Shown here: one piece after another, positions 58,627 through 64,000 of the stretch | How the letters are laid out: each line of letters starts with the position of its first letter | Position numbering within the stretch: position 1 is the first letter of the stretch | The notes under the pieces: model-generated | Database searches by the model: none | What the model was told of the DNA's origin: nothing | Seen by the model: only the letters and a program-made list of their open reading frames with translations | Made by a program: the position numbers and the translations under genes | DNA from: Minutocellus sp. GHC0000111 | Taxonomy: Eukaryota | Assembly: GCA_977018835.1 (NCBI GenBank) | Contig: OZ361260.1 | Location: forward strand, 3,534,001 to 3,598,000 | DNA: 64,000 bases | Direction: 5' to 3'

Positions 58627-61600
58627 CTAACTGTCAACTCCAAGAGATTTTGGCTTACCGAACACGCCGTCGAGGATGTTCTGGAACTCCATCTGGTGGA
58701 TCTTGCCCATACCAGTCGCCGGGGCGGCGCTGACGGCTCGGCCGACATATCTCGGCCTTTTCTCGTCGCCATTGATCTCACGAGTCGCCGTCATGATGCG
58801 AGGCAGGCAGTAACTGTAAGCGCCCATGTTCTTCGGTTCTTGCTGAGCAAAGATGACCTCAGCATTGGGATACCACTTGACATTGCTGGCAATTCGATCG
58901 AATGGGAAGGGAGCAATCTGCTCAATCCTCACAAGGGCCACATCCGTGCGACCCTGCTTCTCGCGCTCGGCGAGCAGCTCGTAGTAAATCTGTCCAGAGC
59001 AGAAGACGAGGGTCTTGACCTGCTCCGGGTTGTCCCAGATGTCCCTATCGGTCTCATTGATAACGCGCTGGAACATTTTGCCAGGGCCCATATCATCGAG
59101 AGACGAAACGCATCGCTTGTGACGGAGGAGATTCTTGGGCGAAACAACGACCAAAGGCTTGCGGAAATCACGGTGTATTTGCCTTCGGAGGCAGTGGAAG
59201 TAGTTGGCGGGGGTGGTGCAGTTGACAATTTGCATATTGCACTGCTGGACCTGCATACGCTCATCCCGTGCAAGGTTAGGAATGTGATGAGGATCTTCGT
59301 CCACCTGCTGCAAGAAGCGCTCCACGCGGCACGAAGAGTGCTCGGCTCCCTGACCATCGAATCCGTGAGGCAAGAGCATAACAAGCCCTTTTTGACGAAG
59401 CCACTTGTCCTCTCCCGCCACGATAAACTGATCAATCATGATCTGAGCACCATTGACAAAGTCACCGAATTGAGCCTCCCAAAGGACAAGGCAGTTGGGG
59501 TTCTCCAAACTGTATCCATGCTCAAAACCAAGGACAGCAAACTCAGAAAGGATTGAGTTACGAGCAATGAATCCAGCCTGCGTATCGGGACGAACCAACT
59601 CCTCCTTCGGGGCAGACATGTCCAGGTTCTGGGCCAACGAGTTGAGCGGGGTGTACTCCTCCTCAGTATCCTGATCCTTCACAACCGCATGGCGATGACT
59701 GAACGTACCACGCTGCACATCCTGACCAGTAATGCGTACGTGGTTACCTTCAATTAGGAGAGAACCAAAGGCCATAGCTTCGGCTGTACCCCAGTCGATA
59801 CCAGTGCCTTCTTCGGCCATCTCCTTCCGAGCCTTGAAGATCTTCTGCATCTGGCGATGCAGCTTGAATCCCTCCGGAACAGTTCCAGCCTTCATTCCGA
59901 TCATCCTCAGTGTCTCAGTATCAACTCCAGTTGGACGGATGCGGCTCATCTGCGAGGGACTCTTGAAGCCGGTCCATCGGGAACTGAGCCAATCCTCCGG
60001 CTTGGCCTCGTACGACTTACTCTGCTCAAACTCGAACTCATAGTTCTTGAGAGTAAAGTCACGGATCTCTTGCAGCTCTTCGGGGGTGGCGGTGCCATCC
60101 TCGATGAGACGCTTCTCGTAAATGTCCAGGGTGGTGGGGTGCTTCTGTATCTTCTTGTACAGCTTGGGTTGGGTGAAGAGGGGCTGATCGAGCTCGTTGT
60201 GGCCGTTACGGCGGTAGCAGATCATATCGATGATAACATCGGTTCCCCACTCGTGACGGTACTCAACAGCCGTTTCAAGGGCGGTCGATACAGAGAGCGG
60301 GTCATCACCGTTACAGTGGAAGATGGGAGCACCGAAGGCCTTACCAAGGTCAGAGCAGTACGGGGTCGATCGGGAGTGGATGGGGTTCGTGGTGAAGCCA
60401 ATCTGATTGTTCACAATGACGTGAATGGTACCGCCGACGTTGAAGTCGGGCACTCCGGCGAGCTGCATGGTCTCATACACCACGCCCTGACCGGCGAAGG
60501 CGGCATCGCCGTGCAGGAGGATGGGGACGCAGTTCTGCTTGTCGACGTCGCGATCACCGCAGTAGTACTGCTTGGCACGGGTCTTGCCGGCAACGACGGG
60601 GTCGACGCACTCCAAGTGGGAGGGGTTGGCGACCAAACTGAGATGGATCTGCCGTCCGTCGGGGTAGGTACGGTCCATGCTGGAACCCAAGTGGTACTTG
60701 ACGTCACCGCTGATGCCCCACTTTCCACCCTCGGCCTTGGTGTGGGCATCGATGTCGTAGTGCGTGCCCTGGAACTCGGAGAAGATGAGGGGCATGGGCT
60801 TGCGCATCACGTTGGCCAGGACGTTGAGACGGCCACGGTGGGGCATGCCAATGATGAAACTGTGCGCGCCCAGCTCGGACGCACGGTCGATGCCATCCTT
60901 GAGGGCGGGAATGATGGCCTCGCCACCGTCCAGACCGAACCGCTTGGTGGTGTTGAACTTGTTGGAGAGGAAGTTCTCAAAGGTGTCGGCAAAGCACAGA
61001 CGCTCGAAGATGTGCAGCTTCTTCTCCTTGTCGTACGAGAGCCACCGGGGCTGCTCGACGCGCTCTCGGATCCAGTTGCACTTGTTCTGATCACCGATGT
61101 GCATGTACTCCACGGCGAGGGTGCCGCAGTACGTCTTCCGGAGCATGTCGACGATGGAGCGGAGGGTGACCTTGCCGGGCATGCCGGCCAGCTCCTCGAG
61201 GAAGCCCTTGTTGCCGCCGCTGGACGTGCCGCGGAAGTTGAGCTTGCGATCCAGATCACCGGGCCCGTCGAAGCCATGATACGCCGGGGTGAGTTTCTCG
61301 GGATAGCCCTCGGGCAGATGGGATGGGTCGCGCGAGTTGGACGGACGGAAGGGGAAGGATTCCTTGGTGTGCAACCCCAACGGATCGAGGTTGGCGGCCA
61401 TGTGACCCGAAACCTGATAGGCACGGATGAGATGCGAAACGCCGAGGGAATCGGACTTGCCGCCGGTACCGGCCAGGGAGGCCGCCGATGCCGACGCCAC
61501 GGCGCCGGTGCTGGGGACGACGCTAGGGCTGCTGTAGTCCGCCTCGTCGTACGGGACGTCCTGCTCGAGGTTCTCAAAGTAATTGCGCCACGTCTCGTGG

Positions 61601-61950
61601 ACGCTGTTGGGGTCGGCCAACCAGGCATCGTACATCTGCTCGGCGTAAAGCGATCCCGTCCCGTTCAAAAATGTTTCGTTGGAGTGCAATGGCTGAGCTA
61701 CGGCGGCGGTCGAGTCATCATCGTAATCGTCAATGGCAGCGGCCGCCGTCGATTTAAATCGGCGGGGCAATCCTCGCGAACAGGCTGATGCTATGTCAGC
61801 TCCAGCACCAGAAGCCAGGAGAGCCGAACGGGCGGTTCGGGACAGCAAGCCAAATGCCGACGAAGATGCGGATCCGCCGGTGACTGTTCCACACGATGCC
61901 GATGCTGCTGTTCGCCGGAGGGCCGTCCGCAAGATGGCCTGAGTCGTCAT
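58627..61950 (-). CDS. OGDH: Mitochondrial 2-oxoglutarate dehydrogenase E1
   Basis: KRFGLDG, GMPHRGRLN, GDVKYHLG, HGDAAFAGQG, NNQIGFTT, WEAQFGDF, PEHSS-like GAEHSS. N-terminal presequence. Single exon. Confidence 0.98.
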   Translation of the reverse strand: MTTQAILRTALRRTAASASCGTVTGGSASSSAFGLLSRTARSALLASGAGADIASACSRGLPRRFKSTAAAAIDDYDDDSTAAVAQPLHSNETFLNGTGSLYAEQMYDAWLADPNSVHETWRNYFENLEQDVPYDEADYSSPSVVPSTGAVASASAASLAGTGGKSDSLGVSHLIRAYQVSGHMAANLDPLGLHTKESFPFRPSNSRDPSHLPEGYPEKLTPAYHGFDGPGDLDRKLNFRGTSSGGNKGFLEELAGMPGKVTLRSIVDMLRKTYCGTLAVEYMHIGDQNKCNWIRERVEQPRWLSYDKEKKLHIFERLCFADTFENFLSNKFNTTKRFGLDGGEAIIPALKDGIDRASELGAHSFIIGMPHRGRLNVLANVMRKPMPLIFSEFQGTHYDIDAHTKAEGGKWGISGDVKYHLGSSMDRTYPDGRQIHLSLVANPSHLECVDPVVAGKTRAKQYYCGDRDVDKQNCVPILLHGDAAFAGQGVVYETMQLAGVPDFNVGGTIHVIVNNQIGFTTNPIHSRSTPYCSDLGKAFGAPIFHCNGDDPLSVSTALETAVEYRHEWGTDVIIDMICYRRNGHNELDQPLFTQPKLYKKIQKHPTTLDIYEKRLIEDGTATPEELQEIRDFTLKNYEFEFEQSKSYEAKPEDWLSSRWTGFKSPSQMSRIRPTGVDTETLRMIGMKAGTVPEGFKLHRQMQKIFKARKEMAEEGTGIDWGTAEAMAFGSLLIEGNHVRITGQDVQRGTFSHRHAVVKDQDTEEEYTPLNSLAQNLDMSAPKEELVRPDTQAGFIARNSILSEFAVLGFEHGYSLENPNCLVLWEAQFGDFVNGAQIMIDQFIVAGEDKWLRQKGLVMLLPHGFDGQGAEHSSCRVERFLQQVDEDPHHIPNLARDERMQVQQCNMQIVNCTTPANYFHCLRRQIHRDFRKPLVVVSPKNLLRHKRCVSSLDDMGPGKMFQRVINETDRDIWDNPEQVKTLVFCSGQIYYELLAEREKQGRTDVALVRIEQIAPFPFDRIASNVKWYPNAEVIFAQQEPKNMGAYSYCLPRIMTATREINGDEKRPRYVGRAVSAAPATGMGKIHQMEFQNILDGVFGKPKSLGVDS

Positions 61951-62460
61951 GACTGGTGGATACTATTCAATATGGCTGGGCCGCCGACGTGCTTTGTAGT
62001 TGATGATTGTTTCTTGTCTTCTTCTCCGATGTCTGTGTCCGGCAGAAGGTGATGGGTGATGGGTTCTCTCTCCTCTCGTATCTTGCTTGTAATTTCGTCG
62101 AGCTTTCGTGCCGTTACGTAGCTTGGAACACCAAAAACAAAAATCCCAGCCAAACAACAAAACAGGAGCCAAACGCAATGGATACGACAGATACCGAACA
62201 ACCAAGATTGCTTTGGATGGCAGCTACGCGTCAGATATTGTATCTGGCGATATGATACGCTTCTTCACCTCAAATGTTTCTCGAGGGCAATGTGCTGCTG
62301 CCGGAAGAGCGGGCGCGAAAGTGGAAGTCAACGAGGAAGTTCTCCGCTCTCCGCAGCACCCTGTCCGTCGTCGGGCTTTAGCGATTGCTTGGCCGCCTTT
62401 CGACCATTTCGACCGAAGTCGCAAGCAAGATACCCTCTGTCCAAACCAGATACATGTACG

Positions 62461-63937
62461 ATGGGATTCGAGGCCTGTTGCCTCTTCTTTGCCGCACCGC
62501 CGGTCGAAGACGATGAGGCGACGCTGGTCTGGTCGCCAGCGGCGGCATTCTCATCTCGCAAGGGCCAAAAGGCAAAAAAGTCACAAGATGCGTCGTCTAC
62601 GGATGCCGCCAACAATGCCAGCAGCAGCAGCAGCAATCCCACCAAAGATCTTATTATTGGGGATTTCGAGGGAAGAGACGAAACCGCGTGTACTGACGAG
62701 GAGGAGGTGACTCTTCACAGCTATCTGTCCTCTATGGACGATGCCGACGAGATCGCCAACGAAGAAACTGCTGTTGGGCGAGATGGGGAAGAAGCTGACA
62801 ACGCTTCTTCTTCCTCATCAACTGCAAAAAACACCATCATCAGCATCGGCATTAGCCCAAGATATCGCTGTTTCCGCCGAGGCTGCCGTCAAAGAGGCAC
62901 AAAGGGCGGCTGCAGACTTCGAACGGACGAAACGAGAGCGTGCCATCGCATCCGAATTCGAACGTCGACGTGCAGAGAGGGCCGCAGAACGGGAGAAGCA
63001 GGCATTGGAGCGCGAGGTTCGGCAGGCAGAAGCCAGGGCGGCTCTTTTGGAACGGCAGCGGAAAGAAAAGGAGGAGGCCGATAAGAAGCGTCGTTTGGGA
63101 TCTCGAGCTGCATTCGAGGAGCGACGGAAGGAAGCAGAGGAGCTCAAGCGCAAGAGAGAGGACGCCAAGAGGAGGAGGGAACAACAGCAGGTGCAAGCTC
63201 CTTTTCAACCACAGCAATATCAACAGCAGCACCACCATAATGTTTTTGCCCAGAGCACACCTGGAATTTGGGGGATTGCCAATCCATGGCAGCAACAATA
63301 TCAGCATATGCCTCATCAGCAAATGCACCAATCGCATTACACGCCACAGAAGCCGTATAATCCACAACCCCAACCGCAGCCGCAACCGCAGCCGCAGCCA
63401 CAGACGTGGGCCCGTTCTCAGCCCCAATCTACTTCGCCTCCGACGAATGCGCAGTATCGTGCAAAGGCAGCACCAACATCGCCTCAACCAACTCAGCATC
63501 GACCAAAGCCCCAAAAGATTCCTTCTTCGAGCACATCTACATCTCCCCCTACAAAGACGCAAGCATCTGCAACGCCAGGAGCCACCAAATCGACAGAGGA
63601 AGTGAAAAGGAGCATACTCATTGCCTGGGCTCTCGAGCCGCCCAATTATCAGCAGCTCAAATCTATCGCTACAATGATAGCAAATCTGCAAGTGGTCCTA
63701 CCGCCTTCCTTTGGTGTCAAGTCGCATGAATATTTTGCAAAGTGGAAGCCAATAAACTACCATGATATCTGCCAAAATGAGGAAGCTCTGAAGAAAGCTG
63801 TTCGTAAATGTCGTTTTTTCCTTCACCCGGATAAGCTGCCGTCTGACCTCGATGAAGTCCAAAGCTTTGTGTGTAAAATGATTTGGGATGTAATGAACGA
63901 TGCCTGGGAAAGCCACAAAACAGGAGTCCCTGTATAA
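62461..63937 (+). CDS. Auxilin-like J-domain protein; 5' structure uncertain, frame change near 62845
   Basis: Coiled coil, PQ-rich region, and C-terminal LKKAVRKCRFFLHPDKLP...IWDVMNDAW. Confidence 0.75.
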
Positions 63938-64000
63938 TCCGTAAATATTCCGTCAGTTTTGAGTCTATCATTAGATGTATTTATTTGTATTTTCTATTTC

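Noticed and set aside
59857..61788. 643-aa plus-strand ORF (also 58573-59556)
   Set aside because: Antisense shadow of the codon-biased OGDH gene. No independent motifs.
1..64000. CRISPR arrays, rRNA or tRNA genes
   Set aside because: No repeat-spacer array or recognisable structural RNA seen by eye. tRNAscan or Infernal would be needed to exclude small RNAs.

Overview
This is eukaryotic nuclear DNA, most likely from a diatom. The evidence is ASAF/AFAP-type plastid-targeting peptides, short GT-AG introns and CoDi-like Ty1/copia elements. About 20 host genes are present, including H+-pyrophosphatase, UPF3-like, HMG-box, eIF4A-III, BolA, PP2C, PsbP-like, SET-domain, ACC-synthase-like aminotransferase, class II aldolase, HECT E3 ligase, 2-oxoglutarate dehydrogenase E1 and an auxilin-like J protein. 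They are interleaved with many mobile elements: a full-length copia element with LTRs and a 5-bp TSD, a truncated second copy, two DD38D mariner-like transposases, a Sola-like TIR element, a MITE, and copia RT and LINE fragments. Three observations stand out. (1) The last intron of the H+-PPase gene appears to be a [D1,2] spliceosomal twin intron (stwintron): an inner intron must be removed first to build the GTAAGT donor of the outer intron. (2) Transposons show a pervasive TpA->TpG/CpA hypermutation (Tyr->Cys/His), a RIP-like signature with the opposite polarity to fungal RIP. (3) The copia element has a Tudor-like domain after its integrase, a conserved in-frame UGA between gag and pol, and a PBS complementary to its own LTR rather than to a tRNA 3' end. 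All calls were made by eye with no database searches. Several host genes carry apparent frameshifts, so assembly indels are possible.
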